A stretch of DNA of 64,000 nt, taken from the NCBI GenBank assembly GCA_965200835.1, contig OZ241390.1, positions 2,448,416 to 2,512,415 of the forward strand, given 5' to 3'. The notes under the pieces were generated by a model. The model made no database searches and was not told the origin of the DNA. It saw only the letters and a list, made by a program, of their open reading frames with translations. Every line of letters begins with the position of its first letter. Positions within the stretch are counted from its first letter, which is position 1. Positions 40,261-49,768 of the stretch are shown piece by piece. This DNA comes from Acidimicrobiia bacterium. Its GTDB lineage: Bacteria; Actinomycetota; Acidimicrobiia; Spongiisociales; Spongiisociaceae. Position numbers and translations under genes: made by a program.

Positions 40261-40584
40261 CCAGTGCGGAACATGGCTGACCGTTTCAACCGGATGATCG
40301 GTGACCACCCCCACGGGGTGATCCTTTCCTTGTGGGTCACGGCCGGAGCATCCCGCAGTGAGATAACCGGTCCGCACGGTACCTATCTGCGGGTTCGGAT
40401 CAGTGCCCCTCCGGTGGGGGGACAGGCCAACCGGGCCACCTGCCGCCTCCTGTCGGATGCCTTCGGGTGCCGGGTGGATCTGTTGTCCGGCGCCCGGTAC
40501 CGGATCAAGCGAGTGCTGTTGAGGGGCGCCGACCGCTCTACGGTGGCCGAAATCATCGCCTCCTCGAGCCGGAGGGCCGGCTGA
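40261..40584 (+). CDS. DUF167 (YggU/UPF0235) family protein
   Basis: ISAPPVGGQANRATCRLLSDAFGCRVDLLSGARYRIKRVLLRG matches the DUF167 core. This is the in-frame tail of the antisense ORF 38554..40584. The ATG at 40261 lies just past the ileS start. Confidence 0.65.
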   Translation, partial: PVRNMADRFNRMIGDHPHGVILSLWVTAGASRSEITGPHGTYLRVRISAPPVGGQANRATCRLLSDAFGCRVDLLSGARYRIKRVLLRGADRSTVAEIIASSSRRAG

Positions 40585-40662
40585 CGGGATCGTTCTCCTC
40601 CGGTCGGATTGCCGACGTGCTACCTTCACGTTTCCTGGGAGCGATGCCGGAGGTGGATGTTC

Positions 40663-41040
40663 ATGGGGACTCGTAAGCTGGCCGAGTCGACCCTCAACTG
40701 GTTCAAGCGACAACTCGAGGAGAAGGAGCGTGAGCTTGCCTCGGTGATCGCCAAGCACGAGGCCGAGCGGAACGAGGTTCGGATGGCAGAGACGGCGGCC
40801 GAGCGCAGCCCGGATCCGGACTCGGCGGACGGAGGATCCATGGCCTTCGAGTTCGAGAAGGAGCTGTCCGTGGACCGCAACACGCGCGACATCCTCGCCC
40901 AGGTGCGCCGAGCCATCCAGATGTTCGAGGACGGTACCTACGGGGATTGCCAGGTATGTGACCGGCCGATCCCGGTGGCCCGCTTGCGAGCTATTCCACA
41001 CACCAGCTTCTGCGTCAACTGCGCATCCCGTCGGCGCTGA
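40663..41040 (+). CDS. DksA/TraR-family C4 zinc-finger protein
   Basis: Coiled-coil followed by a CQVCDRPIPVARLRAIPHTSFCVNC zinc finger. Confidence 0.7.
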   Translation: MGTRKLAESTLNWFKRQLEEKERELASVIAKHEAERNEVRMAETAAERSPDPDSADGGSMAFEFEKELSVDRNTRDILAQVRRAIQMFEDGTYGDCQVCDRPIPVARLRAIPHTSFCVNCASRRR

Positions 41041-41075
41041 CTTCCAAGCGGCTCCGGGCCGCGCTCATAGCCGCC

Positions 41076-41480
41076 GTGGTGCTGGTGGCCGACCAGGTCA
41101 CCAAAGCCTGGGCGCGGGCAGCGCTGGCGGACGGCGATGTGGTGCTGGTGTCCGGTTTTCTCGGGTTCCACCTGGCCGAGAACCCCGGGTCCGCCTTCTC
41201 GCTGTTCCAGAACCTGGGTTCATGGCTGGGACTGGCGGCCATCGCCGCCTCCGTTTTCATACTGGTACTGGTGGAGCGGAGCGGCACGCGAGGTGAGCTG
41301 GCCGGCTTCTCCCTGATCCTCGGTGGGGCGCTGGGAAACCTGGCCGATCGAATCACCAAGGGGCGGTGGATGTCCGGCTCGGTAACCGACTTCATCGACT
41401 TCAGCTTCTGGCCAAACTTCAACGTTGCCGATTCATGTATAACGATCGGGGCAGTGCTTCTCCTATGGTCAGCGAGATGA
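41076..41480 (+). CDS. lspA: lipoprotein signal peptidase II
   Basis: NPGSAFS and FNVADS motifs. The true start is probably upstream at a non-ATG codon, because the in-frame upstream sequence LTSKRLRAALIAAVVL looks like the first TM helix. Confidence 0.8.
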   Translation: MVLVADQVTKAWARAALADGDVVLVSGFLGFHLAENPGSAFSLFQNLGSWLGLAAIAASVFILVLVERSGTRGELAGFSLILGGALGNLADRITKGRWMSGSVTDFIDFSFWPNFNVADSCITIGAVLLLWSAR

Positions 41481-42424
41481 AGCGGGTAACCGTTCCCGGT
41501 CATCTGGACGGAGCACGCGTAGATGTCGTCCTGGCTCGGTTAGCGGGGGTGAGCCGGTCCCGGGCGAGGCGCTTGATCGACTCCGGCGAGGCCGGCCGGG
41601 GAAGCGCGGAAGCGGAAACCAGCCTGCGACCCAAGCACCGGATGAGCGAGGGGGAGGTGGTCTGGTTCCGACCGGAGATCCCCGCGCCAGTGCGGGCCTG
41701 CCAGATGCAGTTGGACATTCTCTATGAGGACCGGTACCTAGCGGTGGTGAACAAGCCGGCAGGGATGGTGGTCCATCCGGCGCCGGGTAACCAGGAAGGC
41801 ACCCTGGTGTCGGCGCTCCTCGGTCGCTGGCCGCGGGTGGAGGGGGTGGGGGAGTACCCCCGCTGGGGAATCGTCCACCGGCTCGACAAGGACACCTCCG
41901 GGGCCATAGTGGTAGCGCTGGAGGCAGAGACCCACCGGTTACTCACCGCAGCCCTGGCCGCTCGCCAGGTAGGCCGGCGCTACCTGGCCCTGGTGCATGG
42001 TGCTTTCCCGGTCACGACCGGCACCATCGATGCTCCGATCGACCGCCGCCGAGCCCGCCGGTATGTGGCCGCCGGGGGTAAGCCGGCCGTCACCCATTAC
42101 CGCCGGCTGGCGTCCTGGTCCCGACCCTCGCTCAGCCTGCTGGAAGTGACCCTCGACACCGGCCGGACCCATCAGATCCGGGTCCATATGGAGTCGATCG
42201 GACGCCACCTGGTAGGCGACCGGATGTATGGCAAGCCCGGCCCGCCGGCCATCGATCCCGGTAGGGGATGGCTGCATGCCCGCCGGCTGGCTCTCGCTCA
42301 TCCTATCGAGGAAGGGGAGGAGGTGGTGGCATCCGCGCCGCTACCGGGGGAGCTTGCCTCGAGCCGGGCTGCCCTGGGTCCGCCGGAGACTGGTGCCATC
42401 CCCGGCGAGTCGGGTGGGAGTTGA
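41465..42424 (+). CDS. rluD: RluA-family 23S rRNA pseudouridine synthase (RluD-like)
   Basis: S4 domain, then the catalytic HRLDKDTSG motif and the THQIRVH motif. Confidence 0.85.
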   Translation: MVSEMKRVTVPGHLDGARVDVVLARLAGVSRSRARRLIDSGEAGRGSAEAETSLRPKHRMSEGEVVWFRPEIPAPVRACQMQLDILYEDRYLAVVNKPAGMVVHPAPGNQEGTLVSALLGRWPRVEGVGEYPRWGIVHRLDKDTSGAIVVALEAETHRLLTAALAARQVGRRYLALVHGAFPVTTGTIDAPIDRRRARRYVAAGGKPAVTHYRRLASWSRPSLSLLEVTLDTGRTHQIRVHMESIGRHLVGDRMYGKPGPPAIDPGRGWLHARRLALAHPIEEGEEVVASAPLPGELASSRAALGPPETGAIPGESGGS

Positions 42425-42531
42425 CTTGGCAGGGCCGATCCAACGGGTGGTCGACGTCGCTAAGGTTCGCGGCATCCGGGTGCCCCTGACCGGAAGCAAG
42501 CATCGGTCCAGGTTCAGGTTCTGAGGCACCT

Positions 42532-45500
42532 ATGGCGGACGGCAGTTTCGTTCATCTCCACGTCCACAGCGAGTTTTCGATGCTCGACGGGGCCGCCCGT
42601 ATCACCGACGCCGTCCAGGCGGCAGTTGCCGACGGCCAACCGGCCCTCGGTCTCACCGACCATGGGGTCCTGTTCGGCGCGGTCGATTTCTACAAGAAGG
42701 CAGGAGAGGCCGGTATCCGACCCATCCTGGGGGTCGAGGGCTATCTGACGCCCGGCTCCCGCTACGAACGCCCCGCCCCCGCCGAGAACATCCGCTACCA
42801 CATCACGCTGCTGGCCGAGAATCAGACCGGCTATCAGAACCTGGTGAAGCTGGTCAGCCGGGCCTATCTGGAGGGCTACTACTACAAGCCCCGGATGGAC
42901 GACGAGTTGCTGTCGGAGTACTCGGAAGGTTTGATAGCCACGTCCGGCTGCCTGGGCGGCCATGTCCCACAGCTGCTGGCGCCCGACGCCTCCCTCGAGG
43001 AGGGCAACATCGCAGGTAGCCGGGATAAGGAGGCGGCTATCGAGGCCGCGGCCATGTATCAGGACATCTTCGGCAAGGAGAACTTCTTCATCGAGCTCCA
43101 CGATCATGGCATCGAGGCGCAGCAGAGAATCCTGCCCGACCTGGTCGATATCTCCCGCCAGATCGGTGCTCCCCTACTAGCCACCAATGATGCCCACTAC
43201 ACCCGGAAGGACGAGGCTGAGGCCCATGATGTGCTGCTCTGCATCCAGACCGGCAAGGAACTCAAAGACCCCGGCCGGCTGAAGTTCGAGGGTGAGGAGT
43301 TCTACCTGAAGACCGCTCGCGAGATGCGGGACCTCTTTCCCCAGGACACCTACCCGGGAGCGTGCGACAACACCCTATGGATCGCCGAGCGGGCTCGGGT
43401 CCGGTTCGACTTCGATCGGCTGCTCCTGCCGCATTTCCCAGTCCCCGCCGGTCACACCTCCCTTTCCTACCTGCGCGAGCTAGTAATCCAGGGAGCGAGG
43501 GAACGCTATGGAGGGGACCTGGGTGGCCCGGTCGGCGAGCGGATCGAGCACGAGCTTCGGATCATCGAGCAGATGGGGTTCCCCGACTACTTCCTGATCG
43601 TGTGGGACCTGATCCGCTACGCCAAGGACCGCCGCATCCGCACCGGGCCGGGTCGGGGTTCGGCGGCCGGTTCGATCGTTTCCTACTCGCTGGGGATTAC
43701 CGACCTGGACCCGCTCGAGTACGGCCTCATATTCGAGCGGTTCCTCAATCCGGGACGCCGGGAGATGCCTGACATCGACATGGACTTCGACGAGCGATAC
43801 CGGGCCGAGGTCATTCGCTATGCCGCCGAGAAGTACGGGTCCGATCATGTGGCCCAGATCGTCACCTTCTCCACCATCAAGGGCAAGCAGGCCCTGCGCG
43901 ACGCGGCTCGAGTCCTGGGACTCCCTTATGCGGTCGGCGACCGGCTGGCCAAGTTGATGCCTCCTGCGGTGCTGGGACGGGAGGCCTCCCTGGAGATCTG
44001 CTTCCAGCCCCCCTCCGAAGATGCCGAGCAGCTGACCAAGGACTGGCACGCCAATGCGGCCGGGTTGAGGGAGGCCTCTCGCGAGGACGAGGTCCAACCG
44101 GTGGTCAATACCGCCCGCCGGCTGGAGGGGTTGAGGCGCCAGGACTCCATCCATGCCGCAGCGGTGGTGATCTCACCCATGCCCGTGATCGACCTGGTAC
44201 CCGTCCATCGGAAGGGGGAGGAGGCGGAGGTCGTCACCCAGTTCGATATGCATGCCATCGAGGAGCTGGGTCTGCTCAAGATGGACATCCTCGGCCTGCG
44301 CACACTGTCCACCATCGACCGGGCGCTCGATCTGATCGAGGCCGGAACGGGGAAGCGGCTGGACATCGACCAGGTGGACCTGGAGGATCCCGCTACCTAT
44401 GAGGTACTGAGCCGGGGCGACACGATCGGGATGTTCCAGCTCGAGGGAACGGCCATGCGGTCGCTGATCCGCAGTCTCAAGCCGGACCGTTTCGAGGACA
44501 TGATCGCGCTGGTTGCCCTCTACCGCCCGGGTCCGATGTCCAACGACTGGCACAACGCCTATGCCGATCGCAAGAACCGTCGCAAGCCGGTCGACTACCC
44601 GCATCCGGCAACCGAGGGGGTGCTGCGGGAGACCTACGGCCTGATGATCTACCAGGAACAGGTCATGCAGATCGCCCGGGAGATCGCCGGTTACACCATG
44701 GCCGATGCGGACGCTCTGCGGAAGGCGATGGGCAAGAAAGTCCCTGCCATCATGCGCAAGGAGCGCGCCAAGTTCGTTTCCGGGGTGGAGGCCAATGGCA
44801 ACCCTGCCCACTTCGGGGAGGAGCTGTTCGCCTCCATCGAAGGTTTCGCCGGGTATGGGTTCAACAAGTCCCACAGTGCGGCTTACGGACTGCTCGCCTA
44901 CCAGACCGCCTACCTCAAGGTTCACCATCCGGCCGCCTACATGGCTGCCCTGCTGACCTCGGTGCGGCGTGACAAGGACAAGACGGCCCTCTACCTGAAT
45001 GAATGCCGCACGATGGGGATCGAGGTGCTGCCCCCCTCGGTCAACGCCTCGGAGGGCGACTTCACCGTCAGGAAGGGGAAGATCCTGTTCGGGCTGTCAG
45101 CGGTGCGCAACCTGGGCTCGGGGATGGTCGCGCGGATCGTTCGGGGGCGAAGCGAAGGTGGGAGTTATACCAGCTTCCAGGACTTCGCCGATCGGGTGGA
45201 GACTCAGGTGCTCAACAAGCGGATCATTGGTTCCCTGGTCAAGGCGGGGGCGTTCGACGAGCTGGGTCATTCCCGCATGGGCCTGTCCCTGGCTTCCGAC
45301 GAGATCCTGCACAATACGGTGGTGCGGCGCCGCCAGGAGGACCGGGGCCAATTCAGCCTTTTCGGTGACGCGACCGGAGGACCCGAGCTCGATCCGGTGA
45401 CCATTCCTGATCAGGAGTGGGATCAGAAGACCCTGCTCTCCTTCGAGAAGGAGATGCTGGGTCTGTACGTTTCCGACCATCCGCTGCTGGGAATCTCCTC

Positions 45501-46041
45501 GATCGTGCGCCACCTGACCACCGCGGCGATCAGGGAACTCCGCGAGATGGACGATCGGTCGCGGGTAAAGGTGTGCGGCATCGTCAGCGGCACCTCCCGG
45601 AGATTCACCAAGGGAGGGAAGGAGATGGCCTTCTTCACGCTGGAGGACATGGAAGCCTCGGTCGAGGTGATGGCTTTTCCCAAGACCATGGAGCACGCCA
45701 GCTCCCTGATCCAGGACGATGCGATCCGGCTGGTGGAGGGCCAGCTGAGCAACTCGGGCGACGACCTCAAGATACGCTCCCACACCATCACCGAGCCCGA
45801 CCTGACCGGCGAGCGGGAGCTGAGACTACGGGTGCCTACCCAGGCGCTGTCGGATGGCCGGACGGTGCATCAGCTCAAGGACATCCTCACCAACCATCCG
45901 GGTTCCTGCCCCGTATACCTCCGGATGATCTACAACGGGACGAGCAAGCTGCTCCTGCTCGATGACAACTTACGAGTGGATCTCACTCTTTCGCTGTACG
46001 CCGACATAAGGAACCTACTAGGAGCCGCCGCGGTAGCTTGA
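42532..46041 (+). CDS. dnaE: DNA polymerase III alpha subunit
   Basis: 1169 aa. PHP domain (HLHVHSEFSMLDG), polymerase core and an OB fold. Confidence 0.95.
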   Translation: MADGSFVHLHVHSEFSMLDGAARITDAVQAAVADGQPALGLTDHGVLFGAVDFYKKAGEAGIRPILGVEGYLTPGSRYERPAPAENIRYHITLLAENQTGYQNLVKLVSRAYLEGYYYKPRMDDELLSEYSEGLIATSGCLGGHVPQLLAPDASLEEGNIAGSRDKEAAIEAAAMYQDIFGKENFFIELHDHGIEAQQRILPDLVDISRQIGAPLLATNDAHYTRKDEAEAHDVLLCIQTGKELKDPGRLKFEGEEFYLKTAREMRDLFPQDTYPGACDNTLWIAERARVRFDFDRLLLPHFPVPAGHTSLSYLRELVIQGARERYGGDLGGPVGERIEHELRIIEQMGFPDYFLIVWDLIRYAKDRRIRTGPGRGSAAGSIVSYSLGITDLDPLEYGLIFERFLNPGRREMPDIDMDFDERYRAEVIRYAAEKYGSDHVAQIVTFSTIKGKQALRDAARVLGLPYAVGDRLAKLMPPAVLGREASLEICFQPPSEDAEQLTKDWHANAAGLREASREDEVQPVVNTARRLEGLRRQDSIHAAAVVISPMPVIDLVPVHRKGEEAEVVTQFDMHAIEELGLLKMDILGLRTLSTIDRALDLIEAGTGKRLDIDQVDLEDPATYEVLSRGDTIGMFQLEGTAMRSLIRSLKPDRFEDMIALVALYRPGPMSNDWHNAYADRKNRRKPVDYPHPATEGVLRETYGLMIYQEQVMQIAREIAGYTMADADALRKAMGKKVPAIMRKERAKFVSGVEANGNPAHFGEELFASIEGFAGYGFNKSHSAAYGLLAYQTAYLKVHHPAAYMAALLTSVRRDKDKTALYLNECRTMGIEVLPPSVNASEGDFTVRKGKILFGLSAVRNLGSGMVARIVRGRSEGGSYTSFQDFADRVETQVLNKRIIGSLVKAGAFDELGHSRMGLSLASDEILHNTVVRRRQEDRGQFSLFGDATGGPELDPVTIPDQEWDQKTLLSFEKEMLGLYVSDHPLLGISSIVRHLTTAAIRELREMDDRSRVKVCGIVSGTSRRFTKGGKEMAFFTLEDMEASVEVMAFPKTMEHASSLIQDDAIRLVEGQLSNSGDDLKIRSHTITEPDLTGERELRLRVPTQALSDGRTVHQLKDILTNHPGSCPVYLRMIYNGTSKLLLLDDNLRVDLTLSLYADIRNLLGAAAVA

Positions 46042-46055
46042 TCCCGGGTCGGGCG

Positions 46056-47198
46056 TTACCCCGGCCACAGCGCGGCGGCCACCTCCTGCCAGGCTGGCGC
46101 CCGGGGATCCACCAGGTCCTGATGTACCGCTCCCCGCACCTGCCTGAGCTCGGCCGGGGTGCCGGAGGACCGTGCCGCCTCCACGAACCGGCTACTCTGT
46201 TCCAGCGACACCTGGCCGTCCCGATCCCCATGTACCGCCACGATCGGTACCCCGCCCGGGAGGTTGCGGATCGGATCCACCGAGTCGGGCAAGGACCGGG
46301 GATCGTGGCCAAGGAACCGGGATAGCAGCTCGTCGAAGTCCTTCCCCAACCTTCGCAGGTCGAGCATTCCGGCCAGCGACACGAAACGGATTGGTGGCCG
46401 GGCCGCGCTGGTGGCAGCAGAAAATCCCAGTTGGCTGCCGGCCGAATGGCCGAGCACAGTAACCCGGTCGAGATCCAGTGTGAACCGGCCGGCGATCTCT
46501 TCCAGGTGGTCGAGTGCGGCCAGCGCATCCGCCATCGTCTCCCGCCATCCGCCGACCGGCGGGATGCGCCGGTACTCGATGTTCCAGGTGGCCTCGCCCC
46601 GCCCGGCCAGGTCGACCGCGATCCCGTCCAGCTGGTCGCGGGTGTAGGGCGCCGCCCAGCCACCCCCATGGATCAGCACCGTCACCGGGTGAGGTCCCGG
46701 CCCGTCCGGCAGGCGCAGGTCGCCGACTTGGTCGGGGTGCTTCCCGTAGGCCAGCGTGATGGCCGGGAGGGCGGCCCAGTAGTGGAGATGGTCGATGGCA
46801 GCTAGGTAGCCGGCAACCCCCCGGCCGAAGATCTGATAGATGCAAGCCGGTTCCGTCACCGAAATCCTGCGCCACGGTTCGCGTTCCCTCACGTTGGAGA
46901 TATGTATCTCCACGGTTGGGATCTCGGCCGCTTCGATGGCGTCATGGAGGGCGTAGCTGGTATGGGTGTAGGCACCGGGGTTGAACACCAGCCCGTCGGC
47001 GGTGTCCCGGGCGGCGTGGATAGCGTCGATCAGAGCACCCTCGTGGTTGGACTGGTAGCACTCGAGCCCATGTCCGAGCTCGACGGCCCGAACCCGGCAC
47101 ATGTCCTCGACCTCCCCGAGCGTGGTCGCTCCATATACGTCGGGCACCCTCAGTCCCAGCAGGTTGAGGTTGGGTCCGTTGAGCAGCAGGATCCGCAT
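46056..47198 (-). CDS. aroQ: fusion protein: type II 3-dehydroquinate dehydratase (AroQ) N-domain + alpha/beta-hydrolase (esterase-like) C-domain
   Basis: The first 145 aa (MRILLLNGPNLNLLGLR...HISNVREREPWRRISV) are a complete AroQ. The C-terminal 230 aa carry an HGGGW oxyanion motif, a GHSAG nucleophile elbow and Asp/His residues. Confidence 0.8.
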   Translation of the reverse strand: MRILLLNGPNLNLLGLRVPDVYGATTLGEVEDMCRVRAVELGHGLECYQSNHEGALIDAIHAARDTADGLVFNPGAYTHTSYALHDAIEAAEIPTVEIHISNVREREPWRRISVTEPACIYQIFGRGVAGYLAAIDHLHYWAALPAITLAYGKHPDQVGDLRLPDGPGPHPVTVLIHGGGWAAPYTRDQLDGIAVDLAGRGEATWNIEYRRIPPVGGWRETMADALAALDHLEEIAGRFTLDLDRVTVLGHSAGSQLGFSAATSAARPPIRFVSLAGMLDLRRLGKDFDELLSRFLGHDPRSLPDSVDPIRNLPGGVPIVAVHGDRDGQVSLEQSSRFVEAARSSGTPAELRQVRGAVHQDLVDPRAPAWQEVAAALWPG

Positions 47199-47433
47199 GG
47201 TCGGTGCCTTCGGTTCGGCAGGTCGGCACGTTCGGCCGCTCCGGCATTATGCCCCATGACGGGACACCGGCACGCCTAGCCCCCATTCCAATAGTTCGAG
47301 GCGGAAATACAATAGGTGCGGTCGGCGATCGGAGGGTTCCATCTATCACGGTGGAGGGGGTGGCTGGTGGTCCTACCTCCGGTACGACAGGACCCAGCCT
47401 GGCCCAGAGCTGGATCGGGCGCTGCTCCGCAGG

Positions 47434-49235
47434 GTGTTCGCCTACGGGCGCCCCTACCGGTGGCTCCTGGTGGGGGTGCTGATCACCATCCTGATCATCT
47501 CGGTCCTGTCGGTGATCCCGCCCATCCTGATCAGGGACCTGGTGGATCGGGCCATGCCGGACGCCGACCTGGGCCGCCTGACCCTGCTCGGGGTCGGGAT
47601 GGTGGCGGTGCCGCTGGTGAACGTCTGTGTGGGCGCCCTACAACGCTGGATGTCTGCCAAGGCGGGCGAGGGCATCATCTACGACCTCCGCCGCAGTCTC
47701 TACATCCATCTCCAAGCCATGTCGCTGCGGTTCTTCACCGCCACCAAGACCGGCGAGCTGGTGTCACGCCTCGACAATGACGTGGTGGGCGCTCAGACGG
47801 CCATCACCGGCACCTTCGTGACCATCCTGTCCAATCTGGTCTCGATAGTGGCCATCCTGTTCGTGATGCTCCAGGCCGAGTGGCGGCTGACGCTGCTGGC
47901 GGTGGCCGCCTTCCCGCTGTTCGTTTACCCGGCTCGACGGGTGGCCCAGATCCTGCGCCGGATCACCCGCCGCCAGATGCAGCACAACGCCGCCATGGCC
48001 GCCATCCTCAACGAGACTTTCAACGTCAGCGGAGCCCTGCTGGTCAAGCTGTTCGGCCGCCGGCGCCAGGAGACGGAGCGGTTCTCCGAGGAGGCCCGGG
48101 CGGTGCGGGATCTGGGGGTTCGCCAAGCGGTCATCGGGCGGTGGTTCTTTGCCGCGCTCGGGGCGGTCAGCGCCATCGGGACCGCCACGGTGTTCTGGGT
48201 GGGTGGCTATCTGGTGATCCAGGGTTCCCTGAGCCTGGGCACGGTGGTCATGTTCTCCTCCCTGCTGTTCCAGCTGTATGGGCCCCTGGCCGCCATGTCG
48301 AACGCCCGGGTGGAGTTCGCTACTTCCCTGGTCTCCTTCGAGCGGGTGTTCGAGGTACTGGACCTACCCCACGACATCACGGAGGAGCCCGATCCGCTCG
48401 ACCTGCGGCCGGTCCGGGGCCGGGTCCACTTCGATAGGGTCTCCTTCCGCTACCAGGGGGATGAGCTGTCGGGCCTGGCCCCGCCCAGCGTTCCTGGGGG
48501 ATCGAGGACAGTGATGCTCCGGCGATGCAAGCCACCCGCACCTGGGCGATCGACGACCTGTCCTTCCGGATCGAACCGGGAGAGCTGGTAGCGCTGGTCG
48601 GACCATCGGGGGCCGGAAAGACCACCGTCTCCTACCTGGTTCCCCGGCTGTACGACACCGAACGGGGGCGGGTGATGATTGACGGCACCGATGTACGGCG
48701 GGCGACCCTCGCCTCGCTGGAGGAGGTGGTGGGGGTGGTGACCCAGGAGACCTTCCTGTTCCACGACACCATTGCGGCCAACCTCCGGTATGCCAAGCCC
48801 GATGCCTCCCAGGAAGAGCTCGAGGAGGCGGCTCGAGCAGCCAACATTCACGACTTCATAATGACCCTGGCCACCGGTTATGACACGGTGGTGGGGGAGC
48901 GGGGCTACCGGCTGTCGGGGGGCGAGAAGCAGCGCATCGCCCTGGCCAGGGTGATCCTCAAGGATCCGCAGATCCTGATCCTCGATGAGGCCACCGCCCA
49001 TCTCGACTCCGAGTCGGAGGCGCTCATCCACGAAGCGCTGCAGCGGGTGATGGCAGGTAGAACCTCGCTGGTGATCGCCCACCGCCTGTCCACCATCGAG
49101 TCCGCCGACCGGATCCTGGTGCTGGACGAGGGCCGGCTGGTGGAGGAGGGAACCCACACCGAGCTGCTCGAGGCCGATGGTCTATATGCCCGGTTGCGCC
49201 GGATCCGGCTCAGGCGGCGGAAAGTTCCCGCCTGA
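47434..49235 (+). pseudogene. MsbA-like ABC exporter (fused TMD-NBD) disrupted by a frameshift near 48470-48540
   Basis: ORF 47434..48591 holds a 6-TM domain up to VSFRYQGDE and then runs out of frame. ORF 48525..49235 holds the NBD ([34 protein letters not shown]). In the NBD frame the upstream sequence already reads ...[14 protein letters not shown]. Confidence 0.7.
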
Positions 49236-49248
49236 CCCGAGGGCAGGC

Positions 49249-49605
49249 TCAGGCGCCTATCAGCCGGGACACCGATGGCCATTGGTGGGCGAGCAACAGG
49301 AGCTGCCCGTCGTGGCACATCCACAGATGTTCGTTGGCCTTGAACCACTGGTGGGGTGGGGTGACCTTCAGAGCCGCCTGATCGGCCGGCTGGCTGGGTC
49401 GGTAAGCCAGCACCTCGCTGGCCGGGGCCCGGATGGTATCGACCGGGCCGACCAGCTGGTAGTCACCGAACAGGGCGCCGATGGCGTTCCATGGATCCGA
49501 TCCCCCGGTCACATCACGAAACCGGACCTCACCACAAGCCGAGCAGCCCCCCACCCTCAGGTCACCGTGGGCTCTGATCTCCGTGATGTGGTCGCCGCAC
49601 CGCAT
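49249..49605 (-). CDS. hypothetical protein
   Basis: 118-aa ORF with no recognisable domain. Weak call. Confidence 0.25.
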   Translation of the reverse strand: MRCGDHITEIRAHGDLRVGGCSACGEVRFRDVTGGSDPWNAIGALFGDYQLVGPVDTIRAPASEVLAYRPSQPADQAALKVTPPHQWFKANEHLWMCHDGQLLLLAHQWPSVSRLIGA

Positions 49606-49768
49606 GACAACATGGTGCCACGGGCCTGTGACATTTCGCGGTAATGCGCCGATCAGTGGCAGGCCCCACTCATCTGTCGTGAGTGGAGTGAGCTACTCAC
49701 CGAGTCAGGGATCTGTCACCGCCTGACGGTAGGATGAGGGTGGACTACGGATCGACGATGGGCGGAGC

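Noticed and set aside
38554-40584. 676-aa plus-strand ORF overlapping ileS
   Set aside because: Most of it is antisense to ileS and reads as nonsense. Only its last 107 codons (40261..40584, DUF167) look like a real gene.
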